From NCBI GenBank assembly GCA_037379345.1, contig CM074519.1:12874742-12938741 (forward strand): DNA of 64,000 nucleotides, written 5' to 3'. The notes beneath the pieces are model-generated. The model was not told the DNA's origin. It worked only from the letters and a program-made list of their open reading frames with translations, and made no database searches. Below, in pieces: positions 37,401-52,400 of the stretch (within the stretch, counting starts at the first letter, position 1; each line of letters starts with the position of its first letter). Made by a program: the position numbers and the translations under genes. The DNA is from Perna viridis (lineage: Eukaryota).

Positions 37401-40400
37401 ATTCCGCTAGGTTTTCCTCCTCGACGGCGTTCTAGTTACTTTGATGTTTTAACATAAATATATTCTACTGAAAGAGTCATTAAGTAGTGTTACCATTATT
37501 CAGTCACAAAAATCTGTCTATTTGATGTTTATTCTGTGTCTTGAAACTAACAGCACAGTTAAAGTGAGCACGTGCCTATGCTTTGAGTACAGAAAAGGTC
37601 ACTATTTTGTCTTAAACCCTACAGGCCTCCGAATTTTGTATACCTCTATAGTTTATAAGTTATTTGCGACTGCTTAACGAATACTTTAATAGATATGTTT
37701 GCTTTTTATACTAGCGTGTCTCTGCTTGACCTACATAAGTATAAAGTACTGAATAAAATGAAAACTACTCGGGACACAAGAATAAACTGCCTTTTAAAAT
37801 AAAACTACGCGTAAAGAAAACAGCTGATGGAACATGTACTACAAAATGTAAAAACGAATAAAAACCACAAAGTAGACCATCAAATCAAAGTAAGCACAGG
37901 CTGGAAATGCCGTTTTAGTCATATTTAAATGCCATCAATTTCGTAGACACATTTTCTATGGTACGACTAATTTGCATATTGACAATAGTGTCGGTACGTT
38001 TCATATACGTATCCAAATTATTATGTACAGTACTGTTTAAGGAATTATAAAATGCAAAAATGAAGCGAAGCTGAAATGAAAGTATGGCCAAACGTTTGAT
38101 GCAAAAGTGGCCAAAATTAACAAGGATTGGACTAATGCAAGGTCCGTTATGGGTAAATATGGTGCAATCATTAATTTTGCACTAGAATTGACTTGAACAG
38201 ACTTCCAGATAGATTAATATTCTTGGTTACATAAGATTGTCTAACTAAAATTGCCAGTGAATATTATTATTCATTTGACTTAGCCATTGTGATGCAGACG
38301 AGCTGCTCAAAGAGTATGGCTGAGGTTAAACGACTTCATCATAGCAAACCCAACACTTTTCTCTATATCTAGGACCACGGGAGGTTCCTCTCTCTAATTT
38401 AAAGAATACTATATTCTTACAGACAGATCGGTGAAGCTTGTTTCGCAACTAATTATACTACGAACAAGCCTTAATTTGCAAGAATACGGTGTTAGCGCCT
38501 CAACAATTTTTTTATCTGTGAACTGTGTTACTAACGGAAGAAAAATGCACATAAACTTGATCAGAGGAGTGAATGCGTAAATTCCGCTAGGTTTTCCTCC
38601 TCGACGGCGTTCTAGTTACTTTGATGTTTTAACATAAATATATTCTACTGAAAGAGTCATTAAGTAGTGTTACCATTATTCAGTCACAAAAATCTGTCTA
38701 TTTGATGTTTATTCTGTGTCTTGAAACTAACAGCACAGTTAAAGTGAGCACGTGCCTATGCTTTGAGTACAGAAAAGGTCACTATTTTGTCTTAAACCCT
38801 ACAGGCCTCCGAATTTTGTATACCTCTATAGTTTATAAGTTATTTGCGACTGCTTAACGAATACTTTAATAGATATTTTTGCTTTTTATACTAGCGTGTC
38901 TCTGCTTGACCTACATAAGTATAAAGTACTGAATAAAATGAAAACTACTCGGGACACAAGAATAAACTGCCTTTTAAAATAAAACTACGCGTAAAGAAAA
39001 CAGCTGATGGAACATGTACTACAAAATGTAAAAACGAATAAAAACCACAACGTAGACCATCAAATCAAAGTAAGCACAGGCTGGAAATGCCGTTTTAGTC
39101 ATATTTAAATGCCATCAATTTCGTAGACACATTTTCTATGGTACGACTAATTTGCATATTGACAATAGTGTCGGTACGTTTCATATACGTATCCAAATTA
39201 TTATGTACAGTACTGTTTAAGGAATTATAAAATGCAAAAATGAAGCGAAGCTGAAATGAAAGTATGGCCAAACGTTTGATGCAAAAGTGGCCAAAATTAA
39301 CAAGGATTGGACTAATGCAAGGTCCGTTATGGGTAAATATGGTGCAATCATTAATTTTGCACTAGAATTGACTTGAACAGACTTCCAGATAGATTAATAT
39401 TCTTGGTTACATAAGATTGTCTAACTAAAATTGCCAGTGAATATTATTATTCATTTGACTTAGCCATTGTGATGCAGACGAGCTGCTCAAAGAGTATGGC
39501 TGAGGTTAAACGACTTCATCATAGCAAACCCAACACTTTTCTCTATATCTAGGACCACGGGAGGTTCCTCTCTCTAATTTAAAGAATACTATATTCTTAC
39601 AGACAGATCGGTGAAGCTTGTTTCGCAACTAATTATACTACGAACAAGCCTTAATTTGCAAGAATACGGTGTTAGCGCCTCAACAATTTTTTTATCTGTG
39701 AACTGTGTTACTAACGGAAGAAAAATGCACATAAACTTGATCAGAGGAGTGAATGCGTAAATTCCGCTAGGTTTTCCTCCTCGACGGCGTTCTAGTTACT
39801 TTGATGTTTTAACATAAATATATTCTACTGAAAGAGTCATTAAGTAGTGTTACCATTATTCAGTCACAAAAATCTGTCTATTTGATGTTTATTCTGTGTC
39901 TTGAAACTAACAGCACAGTTAAAGTGAGCACGTGCCTATGCTTTGAGTACAGAAAAGGTCACTATTTTGTCTTAAACCCTACAGGCCTCCGAATTTTGTA
40001 TACCTCTATAGTTTATAAGTTATTTGCGACTGCTTAACGAATACTTTAATAGATATGTTTGCTTTTTATACTAGCGTGTCTCTGCTTGACCTACATAAGT
40101 ATAAAGTACTGAATAAAATGAAAACTACTCGGGACACAAGAATAAACTGCCTTTTAAAATAAAACTACGCGTAAAGAAAACAGCTGATGGAACATGTACT
40201 ACAAAATGTAAAAACGAATAAAAACCACAAAGTAGACCATCAAATCAAAGTAAGCACAGGCTGGAAATGCCGTTTTAGTCATATTTAAATGCCATCAATT
40301 TCGTAGACACATTTTCTATGGTACGACTAATTTGCATATTGACAATAGTGTCGGTACGTTTCATATACGTATCCAAATTATTATGTACAGTACTGTTTAA

Positions 40401-43400
40401 GGAATTATAAAATGCAAAAATGAAGCGAAGCTGAAATGAAAGTATGGCCAAACGTTTGATGCAAAAGTGGCCAAAATTAACAAGGATTGGACTAATGCAA
40501 GGTCCGTTATGGGTAAATATGGTGCAATCATTAATTTTGCACTAGAATTGACTTGAACAGACTTCCAGATAGATTAATATTCTTGGTTACATAAGATTGT
40601 CTAACTAAAATTGCCAGTGAATATTATTATTCATTTGACTTAGCCATTGTGATGCAGACGAGCTGCTCAAAGAGTATGGCTGAGGTTAAACGACTTCATC
40701 ATAGCAAACCCAACACTTTTCTCTATATCTAGGACCACGGGAGGTTCCTCTCTCTAATTTAAAGAATACTATATTCTTACAGACAGATCGGTGAAGCTTG
40801 TTTCGCAACTAATTATACTACGAACAAGCCTTAATTTGCAAGAATACGGTGTTAGCGCCTCAACAATTTTTTTATCTGTGAACTGTGTTACTAACGGAAG
40901 AAAAATGCACATAAACTTGATCAGAGGAGTGAATGCGTAAATTCCGCTAGGTTTTCCTTCTCGACGGCGTTCTAGTTACTTTGATGTTTTAACATAAATA
41001 TATTCTACTGAAAGAGTCATTAAGTAGTGTTACCATTATTCAGTCACAAAAATCTGTCTATTTGATGTTTATTCTGTGTCTTGAAACTAACAGCACAGTT
41101 AAAGTGAGCACGTGCCTATGCTTTGAGTACAGAAAAGGTCACTATTTTGTCTTAAACCCTACAGGCCTCCGAATTTTGTATACCTCTATAGTTTATAAGT
41201 TATTTGCGACTGCTTAACGAATACTTTAATAGATATTTTTGCTTTTTATACTAGCGTGTCTCTGCTTGACCTACATAAGTATAAAGTACTGAATAAAATG
41301 AAAACTACTCGGGACACAAGAATAAACTGCCTTTTAAAATAAAACTACGCGTAAAGAAAACAGCTGATGGAACATGTACTACAAAATGTAAAAACGAATA
41401 AAAACCACAACGTAGACCATCAAATCAAAGTAAGCACAGGCTGGAAATGCCGTTTTAGTCATATTTAAATGCCATCAATTTCGTAGACACATTTTCTATG
41501 GTACGACTAATTTGCATATTGACAATAGTGTCGGTACGTTTCATATACGTATCCAAATTATTATGTACAGTACTGTTTAAGGAATTATAAAATGCAAAAA
41601 TGAAGCGAAGCTGAAATGAAAGTATGGCCAAACGTTTGATGCAAAAGTGGCCAAAATTAACAAGGATTGGACTAATGCAAGGTCCGTTATGGGTAAATAT
41701 GGTGCAATCATTAATTTTGCACTAGAATTGACTTGAACAGACTTCCAGATAGATTAATATTCTTGGTTACATAAGATTGTCTAACTAAAATTGCCAGTGA
41801 ATATTATTATTCATTTGACTTAGCCATTGTGATGCAGACGAGCTGCTCAAAGAGTATGGCTGAGGTTAAACGACTTCATCATAGCAAACCCAACACTTTT
41901 CTCTATATCTAGGACCACGGGAGGTTCCTCTCTCTAATTTAAAGAATACTATATTCTTACAGACAGATCGGTGAAGCTTGTTTCGCAACTAATTATACTA
42001 CGAACAAGCCTTAATTTGCAAGAATACGGTGTTAGCGCCTCAACATTTTTTTTATCTGTGAACTGTGTTACTAACGGAAGAAAAATGCACATAAACTTGA
42101 TCAGAGGAGTGAATGCGTAAATTCCGCTAGGTTTTCCTCCTCGACGGCGTTCTAGTTACTTTGATGTTTTAACATAAATATATTCTACTGAAAGAGTCAT
42201 TAAGTAGTGTTACCATTATTCAGTCACCAAAATCTGTCTATTTGATGTTTATTCTGTGTCTTGAAACTAACAGCACAGTTAAAGTGAGCACGTGCCTATG
42301 CCTTGAGTACAGAAAAGGTCACTATTTTGTCTTAAACCCTACAGGCCTCCGAATTTTGTATACCTCTATAGTTTATAAGTTATTTGCGACTGCTTAACGA
42401 ATACTTTAATAGATATTTTTGCTTTTTATACTAGCGTGTCTCTGCTTGACCTACATAAGTATAAAGTACTGAATAAAATGAAAACTACTCGGGACACAAG
42501 AATAAACTGCCTTTTAAAATAAAACTACGCGTAAAGAAAACAGCTGATGGAACATGTACTACAAAATGTAAAAACGAATAAAAACCACAACGTAGACCAT
42601 CAAATCAAAGTAAGCACAGGCTGGAAATGCCGTTTTAGTCATATTTAAATGCCATCAATTTCGTAGACACATTTTCTATGGTACGACTAATTTGCATATT
42701 GACAATAGTGTCGGTACGTTTCATATACGTATCCAAATTATTATGTACAGTACTGTTTAAGGAATTATAAAATGCAAAAATGAAGCGAAGCTGAAATGAA
42801 AGTATGGCCAAACGTTTGATGCAAAAGTGGCCAAAATTAACAAGGATTGGACTAATGCAAGGTCCGTTATGGGTAAATATGGTGCAATCATTAATTTTGC
42901 ACTAGAATTGACTTGAACAGACTTCCAGATAGATTAATATTCTTGGTTACATAAGATTGTCTAACTAAAATTGCCAGTGAATATTATTATTCATTTGACT
43001 TAGCCATTGTGATGCAGACGAGCTGCTCAAAGAGTATGGCTGAGGTTAAACGACTTCATCATAGCAAACCCAACACTTTTCTCTATATCTAGGACCACGG
43101 GAGGTTCCTCTCTCTAATTTAAAGAATACTATATTCTTACAGACAGATCGGTGAAGCTTGTTTCGCAACTAATTATACTACGAACAAGCCTTAATTTGCA
43201 AGAATACGGTGTTAGCGCCTCAACAATTTTTTTATCTTTGAACTGTGTTACTAACGGAAGAAAAATGCACATAAACTTGATCAGAGGAGTGAATGCGTAA
43301 ATTCCGCTAGGTTTTCCTCCTCGACGGCGTTCTAGTTACTTTGATGTTTTAACATAAATATATTCTACTGAAAGAGTCATTAAGTAGTGTTACCATTATT

Positions 43401-46400
43401 CAGTCACAAAAATCTGTCTATTTGATGTTTATTCTGTGTCTTGAAACTAACAGCACAGTTAAAGTGAGCACGTGCCTATGCTTTGAGTACAGAAAAGGTC
43501 ACTATTTTGTCTTAAACCCTACAGGCCTCCGAATTTTGTATACCTCTATAGTTTATAAGTTATTTGCGACTGCTTAACGAATACTTTAATAGATATTTTT
43601 GCTTTTTATACTAGCGTGTCTCTGCTTGACCTACATAAGTATAAAGTACTGAATAAAATGAAAACTACTCGGGACACAAGAATAAACTGCCTTTTAAAAT
43701 AAAACTACGCGTAAAGAAAACAGCTGATGGAACATGTACTACAAAATGTAAAAACGAATAAAAACCACAACGTAGACCATCAAATCAAAGTAAGCACAGG
43801 CTGGAAATGCCGTTTTAGTCATATTTAAATGCCATCAATTTCGTAGACACATTTTCTATGGTACGACTAATTTGCATATTGACAATAGTGTCGGTACGTT
43901 TCATATACGTATCCAAATTATTATGTACAGTACTGTTTAAGGAATTATAAAATGCAAAAATGAAGCGAAGCTGAAATGAAAGTATGGCCAAACGTTTGAT
44001 GCAAAAGTGGCCAAAATTAACAAGGATTGGACTAATGCAAGGTCCGTTATGGGTAAATATGGTGCAATCATTAATTTTGCACTAGAATTGACTTGAACAG
44101 ACTTCCAGATAGATTAATATTCTTGGTTACATAAGATTGTCTAACTAAAATTGCCAGTGAATATTATTATTCATTTGACTTAGCCATTGTGATGCAGACG
44201 AGCTGCTCAAAGAGTATGGCTGAGGTTAAACGACTTCATCATAGCAAACCCAACACTTTTCTCTATATCTAGGACCACGGGAGGTTCCTCTCTCTAATTT
44301 AAAGAATACTATATTCTTACAGACAGATCGGTGAAGCTTGTTTCGCAACTAATTATACTACGAACAAGCCTTAATTTGCAAGAATACGGTGTTAGCGCCT
44401 CAACAATTTTTTTTATCTGTGAACTGTGTTACTAACGGAAGAAAAATGCACATAAACTTGATCAGAGGAGTGAATGCGTAAATTCCGCTAGGTTTTCCTC
44501 CTCGACGGCGTTCTAGTTACTTTGATGTTTTAACATAAATATATTCTACTGAAAGAGTCATTAAGTAGTGTTACCATTATTCAGTCACAAAAATCTGTCT
44601 ATTTGATGTTTATTCTGTGTCTTGAAACTAACAGCACAGTTAAAGTGAGCACGTGCCTATGCTTTGAGTACAGAAAAGGTCACTATTTTGTCTTAAACCC
44701 TACAGGCCTCCGAATTTTGTATACCTCTATAGTTTATAAGTTATTTGCGACTGCTTAACGAATACTTTAATAGATATTTTTGCTTTTTATACTAGCGTGT
44801 CTCTGCTTGACCTACATAAGTATAAAGTACTGAATAAAATGAAAACTACTCGGGACACAAGAATAAACTGCCTTTTAAAATAAAACTACGCGTAAAGAAA
44901 ACAGCTGATGGAACATGTACTACAAAATGTAAAAACGAATAAAAACCACAACGTAGACCATCAAATCAAAGTAAGCACAGGCTGGAAATGCCGTTTTAGT
45001 CATATTTAAATGCCATCAATTTCGTAGACACATTTTCTATGGTACGACTAATTTGCATATTGACAATAGTGTCGGTACGTTTCATATACGTATCCAAATT
45101 ATTATGTACAGTACTGTTTAAGGAATTATAAAATGCAAAAATGAAGCGAAGCTGAAATGAAAGTATGGCCAAACGTTTGATGCAAAAGTGGCCAAAATTA
45201 ACAAGGATTGGACTAATGCAAGGTCCGTTATGGGTAAATATGGTGCAATCATTAATTTTGCACTAGAATTGACTTGAACAGACTTCCAGATAGATTAATA
45301 TTCTTGGTTACATAAGATTGTCTAACTAAAATTGCCAGTGAATATTATTATTCATTTGACTTAGCCATTGTGATGCAGACGAGCTGCTCAAAGAGTATGG
45401 CTGAGGTTAAACGACTTCATCATAGCAAACCCAACACTTTTCTCTATATCTAGGACCACGGGAGGTTCCTCTCTCTAATTTAAAGAATACTATATTCTTA
45501 CAGACAGATCGGTGAAGCTTGTTTCGCAACTAATTATACTACGAACAAGCCTTAATTTGCAAGAATACGGTGTTAGCGCCTCAACAATTTTTTTATCTGT
45601 GAACTGTGTTACTAACGGAAGAAAAATGCACATAAACTTGATCAGAGGAGTGAATGCGTAAATTCCGCTAGGTTTTCCTCCTCGACGGCGTTCTAGTTAC
45701 TTTGATGTTTTAACATAAATATATTCTACTGAAAGAGTCATTAAGTAGTGTTACCATTATTCAGTCACAAAAATCTGTCTATTTGATGTTTATTCTGTGT
45801 CTTGAAACTAACAGCACAGTTAAAGTGAGCACGTGCCTATGCTTTGAGTACAGAAAAGGTCACTATTTTGTCTTAAACCCTACAGGCCTCCGAATTTTGT
45901 ATACCTCTATAGTTTATAAGTTATTTGCGACTGCTTAACGAATACTTTAATAGATATTTTTGCTTTTTATACTAGCGTGTCTCTGCTTGACCTACATAAG
46001 TATAAAGTACTGAATAAAATGAAAACTACTCGGGACACAAGAATAAACTGCCTTTTAAAATAAAACTACGCGTAAAGAAAACAGCTGATGGAACATGTAC
46101 TACAAAATGTAAAAACGAATAAAAACCACAACGTAGACCATCAAATCAAAGTAAGCACAGGCTGGAAATGCCGTTTTAGTCATATTTAAATGCCATCAAT
46201 TTCGTAGACACATTTTCTATGGTACGACTAATTTGCATATTGACAATAGTGTCGGTACGTTTCATATACGTATCCAAATTATTATGTACAGTACTGTTTA
46301 AGGAATTATAAAATGCAAAAATGAAGCGAAGCTGAAATGAAAGTATGGCCAAACGTTTGATGCAAAAGTGGCCAAAATTAACAAGGATTGGACTAATGCA

Positions 46401-49400
46401 AGGTCCGTTATGGGTAAATATGGTGCAATCATTAATTTTGCACTAGAATTGACTTGAACAGACTTCCAGATAGATTAATATTCTTGGTTACATAAGATTG
46501 TCTAACTAAAATTGCCAGTGAATATTATTATTCATTTGACTTAGCCATTGTGATGCAGACGAGCTGCTCAAAGAGTATGGCTGAGGTTAAACGACTTCAT
46601 CATAGCAAACCCAACACTTTTCTCTATATCTAGGACCACGGGAGGTTCCTCTCTCTAATTTAAAGAATACTATATTCTTACAGACAGATCGGTGAAGCTT
46701 GTTTCGCAACTAATTATACTACGAACAAGCCTTAATTTGCAAGAATACGGTGTTAGCGCCTCAACAATTTTTTTATCTGTGAACTGTGTTACTAACGGAA
46801 GAAAAATGCACATAAACTTGATCAGAGGAGTGAATGCGTAAATTCCGCTAGGTTTTCCTCCTCGACGGCGTTCTAGTTACTTTGATGTTTTAACATAAAT
46901 ATATTCTACTGAAAGAGTCATTAAGTAGTGTTACCATTATTCAGTCACAAAAATCTGTCTATTTGATGTTTATTCTGTGTCTTGAAACTAACAGCACAGT
47001 TAAAGTGAGCACGTGCCTATGCTTTGAGTACAGAAAAGGTCACTATTTTGTCTTAAACCCTACAGGCCTCCGAATTTTGTATACCTCTATAGTTTATAAG
47101 TTATTTGCGACTGCTTAACGAATACTTTAATAGATATTTTTGCTTTTTATACTAGCGTGTCTCTGCTTGACCTACATAAGTATAAAGTACTGAATAAAAT
47201 GAAAACTACTCGGGACACAAGAATAAACTGCCTTTTAAAATAAAACTACGCGTAAAGAAAACAGCTGATGGAACATGTACTACAAAATGTAAAAACGAAT
47301 AAAAACCACAACGTAGACCATCAAATCAAAGTAAGCACAGGCTGGAAATGCCGTTTTAGTCATATTTAAATGCCATCAATTTCGTAGACACATTTTCTAT
47401 GGTACGACTAATTTGCATATTGACAATAGTGTCGGTACGTTTCATATACGTATCCAAATTATTATGTACAGTACTGTTTAAGGAATTATAAAATGCAAAA
47501 ATGAAGCGAAGCTGAAATGAAAGTATGGCCAAACGTTTGATGCAAAAGTGGCCAAAATTAACAAGGATTGGACTAATGCAAGGTCCGTTATGGGTAAATA
47601 TGGTGCAATCATTAATTTTGCACTAGAATTGACTTGAACAGACTTCCAGATAGATTAATATTCTTGGTTACATAAGATTGTCTAACTAAAATTGCCAGTG
47701 AATATTATTATTCATTTGACTTAGCCATTGTGATGCAGACGAGCTGCTCAAAGAGTATGGCTGAGGTTAAACGACTTCATCATAGCAAACCCAACACTTT
47801 TCTCTATATCTAGGACCACGGGAGGTTCCTCTCTCTAATTTAAAGAATACTATATTCTTACAGACAGATCGGTGAAGCTTGTTTCGCAACTAATTATACT
47901 ACGAACAAGCCTTAATTTGCAAGAATACGGTGTTAGCGCCTCAACAATTTTTTTTATCTGTGAACTGTGTTACTAACGGAAGAAAAATGCACATAAACTT
48001 GATCAGAGGAGTGAATGCGTAAATTCCGCTAGGTTTTCCTCCTCGACGGCGTTCTAGTTACTTTGATGTTTTAACATAAATATATTCTACTGAAAGAGTC
48101 ATTAAGTAGTGTTACCATTATTCAGTCACAAAAATCTGTCTATTTGATGTTTATTCTGTGTCTTGAAACTAACAGCACAGTTAAAGTGAGCACGTGCCTA
48201 TGCTTTGAGTACAGAAAAGGTCACTATTTTGTCTTAAACCCTACAGGCCTCCGAATTTTGTATACCTCTATAGTTTATAAGTTATTTGCGACTGCTTAAC
48301 GAATACTTTAATAGATATTTTTGCTTTTTATACTAGCGTGTCTCTGCTTGACCTACATAAGTATAAAGTACTGAATAAAATGAAAACTACTCGGGACACA
48401 AGAATAAACTGCCTTTTAAAATAAAACTACGCGTAAAGAAAACAGCTGATGGAACATGTACTACAAAATGTAAAAACGAATAAAAACCACAACGTAGACC
48501 ATCAAATCAAAGTAAGCACAGGCTGGAAATGCCGTTTTAGTCATATTTAAATGCCATCAATTTCGTAGACACATTTTCTATGGTACGACTAATTTGCATA
48601 TTGACAATAGTGTCGGTACGTTTCATATACGTATCCAAATTATTATGTACAGTACTGTTTAAGGAATTATAAAATGCAAAAATGAAGCGAAGCTGAAATG
48701 AAAGTATGGCCAAACGTTTGATGCAAAAGTGGCCAAAATTAACAAGGATTGGACTAATGCAAGGTCCGTTATGGGTAAATATGGTGCAATCATTAATTTT
48801 GCACTAGAATTGACTTGAACAGACTTCCAGATAGATTAATATTCTTGGTTACATAAGATTGTCTAACTAAAATTGCCAGTGAATATTATTATTCATTTGA
48901 CTTAGCCATTGTGATGCAGACGAGCTGCTCAAAGAGTATGGCTGAGGTTAAACGACTTCATCATAGCAAACCCAACACTTTTCTCTATATCTAGGACCAC
49001 GGGAGGTTCCTCTCTCTAATTTAAAGAATACTATATTCTTACAGACAGATCGGTGAAGCTTGTTTCGCAACTAATTATACTACGAACAAGCCTTAATTTG
49101 CAAGAATACGGTGTTAGCGCCTCAACAATTTTTTTATCTGTGAACTGTGTTACTAACGGAAGAAAAATGCACATAAACTTGATCAGAGGAGTGAATGCGT
49201 AAATTCCGCTAGGTTTTCCTCCTCGACGGCGTTCTAGTTACTTTGATGTTTTAACATAAATATATTCTACTGAAAGAGTCATTAAGTAGTGTTACCATTA
49301 TTCAGTCACAAAAATCTGTCTATTTGATGTTTATTCTGTGTCTTGAAACTAACAGCACAGTTAAAGTGAGCACGTGCCTATGCTTTGAGTACAGAAAAGG

Positions 49401-52400
49401 TCACTATTTTGTCTTAAACCCTACAGGCCTCCGAATTTTGTATACCTCTATAGTTTATAAGTTATTTGCGACTGCTTAACGAATACTTTAATAGATATTT
49501 TTGCTTTTTATACTAGCGTGTCTCTGCTTGACCTACATAAGTATAAAGTACTGAATAAAATGAAAACTACTCGGGACACAAGAATAAACTGCCTTTTAAA
49601 ATAAAACTACGCGTAAAGAAAACAGCTGATGGAACATGTACTACAAAATGTAAAAACGAATAAAAACCACAACGTAGACCATCAAATCAAAGTAAGCACA
49701 GGCTGGAAATGCCGTTTTAGTCATATTTAAATGCCATCAATTTCGTAGACACATTTTCTATGGTACGACTAATTTGCATATTGACAATAGTGTCGGTACG
49801 TTTCATATACGTATCCAAATTATTATGTACAGTACTGTTTAAGGAATTATAAAATGCAAAAATGAAGCGAAGCTGAAATGAAAGTATGGCCAAACGTTTG
49901 ATGCAAAAGTGGCCAAAATTAACAAGGATTGGACTAATGCAAGGTCCGTTATGGGTAAATATGGTGCAATCATTAATTTTGCACTAGAATTGACTTGAAC
50001 AGACTTCCAGATAGATTAATATTCTTGGTTACATAAGATTGTCTAACTAAAATTGCCAGTGAATATTATTATTCATTTGACTTAGCCATTGTGATGCAGA
50101 CGAGCTGCTCAAAGAGTATGGCTGAGGTTAAACGACTTCATCATAGCAAACCCAACACTTTTCTCTATATCTAGGACCACGGGAGGTTCCTCTCTCTAAT
50201 TTAAAGAATACTATATTCTTACAGACAGATCGGTGAAGCTTGTTTCGCAACTAATTATACTACGAACAAGCCTTAATTTGCAAGAATACGGTGTTAGCGC
50301 CTCAACAATTTTTTTATCTGTGAACTGTGTTACTAACGGAAGAAAAATGCACATAAACTTGATCAGAGGAGTGAATGCGTAAATTCCGCTAGGTTTTCCT
50401 CCTCGACGGCGTTCTAGTTACTTTGATGTTTTAACATAAATATATTCTACTGAAAGAGTCATTAAGTAGTGTTACCATTATTCAGTCACAAAAATCTGTC
50501 TATTTGATGTTTATTCTGTGTCTTGAAACTAACAGCACAGTTAAAGTGAGCACGTGCCTATGCTTTGAGTACAGAAAAGGTCACTATTTTGTCTTAAACC
50601 CTACAGGCCTCCGAATTTTGTATACCTCTATAGTTTATAAGTTATTTGCGACTGCTTAACGAATACTTTAATAGATATTTTTGCTTTTTATACTAGCGTG
50701 TCTCTGCTTGACCTACATAAGTATAAAGTACTGAATAAAATGAAAACTACTCGGGACACAAGAATAAACTGCCTTTTAAAATAAAACTACGCGTAAAGAA
50801 AACAGCTGATGGAACATGTACTACAAAATGTAAAAACGAATAAAAACCACAACGTAGACCATCAAATCAAAGTAAGCACAGGCTGGAAATGCCGTTTTAG
50901 TCATATTTAAATGCCATCAATTTCGTAGACACATTTTCTATGGTACGACTAATTTGCATATTGACAATAGTGTCGGTACGTTTCATATACGTATCCAAAT
51001 TATTATGTACAGTACTGTTTAAGGAATTATAAAATGCAAAAATGAAGCGAAGCTGAAATGAAAGTATGGCCAAACGTTTGATGCAAAAGTGGCCAAAATT
51101 AACAAGGATTGGACTAATGCAAGGTCCGTTACGGGTAAATATGGTGCAATCATTAATTTTGCACTAGAATTGACTTGAACAGACTTCCAGATAGATTAAT
51201 ATTCTTGGTAACATAAGATTGTCTAACTAAAATTGCCAGTGAATATTATTATTCATTTGACTTAGCCATTGTGATGCAGACGAGCTGCTCAAAGAGTATG
51301 GCTGAGGTTAATCGACTTCATCATAGCAAACCCAACACTTTTCTCTATATCTAGGACCACGGGAGGTTCCTCTCTCTAATTTAAAGAATAATGTATTCTT
51401 ACAGACAGATCGGTGAAGCTTGTTTCGCAACTAATTATACTACGAACAAGCCTTAATTTGCAAGAATACGGTGTTAGCGCCTCAACAATTTTTTTATCTG
51501 TGAACTGTGTTACTAACGGAAGAAAAATGCACATAAACTTGATCAGAGGAGTGAATGCGTAAATTCCGCTAGGTTTTCCTCCTCGAAGGCGTTCTAGTTA
51601 CTTTGATGTTTTAACATAAATATATTCTACTGAAAGAGTCATTAAGTAGTGTTACCATTATTCAGTCACAAAAATATGTCTATTTGATGTTTATTCTGTG
51701 TCTTGAAACTAACAGCACAGTTAAAGTGAGCACGTGCCTATGCTTTGAGTACAGAAAAGGTCACTATTTTGTCTTAAACCCTACAGGCCTCCGAATTTTG
51801 TATACCTTTATAGTTCATAAGTTATTTGCGACTGCTTAACGAATACTTTAATAGATATTTTTGCTTTTTATACTAGCGTGTCTCTGCTTGACCTACATAA
51901 GTATAAAGTACTGAATAAAATGAAAACTACTCGGGACACAAGAATAAACTGCCTTTTAAAATAAAACTACGCGTAAAGAAAACAGCTGATGGAACATGTA
52001 CTACAAAATGTAAAAACGAATAAAAACCACAACGTAGACCATCAAATCAAAGTAAGCACAGGCTGGAAATGCCGTTTTAGTCATATTTAAATGCCATCAA
52101 TTTCGTAGACACATTTTCTATGGTACGACTAATTTGCATATTGACAATAGTGTCGGTACGTTTCATATACGTATCCAAATTATTATGTACAGTACTGTTT
52201 AAGGAATTATAAAATGCAAAAATGAAGCGAAGCTGAAATGAAAGTATGGCCAAACGTTTGATGCAAAAGTGGCCAAAATTAACAAGGATTGGACTAATGC
52301 AAGGTCCGTTATGGGTAAATATGGTGCAATCATTAATTTTGCACCAGAATTGACTTGAACAGACTTCCAGATAGATTAATATTCTTGGTTACATAAGATT

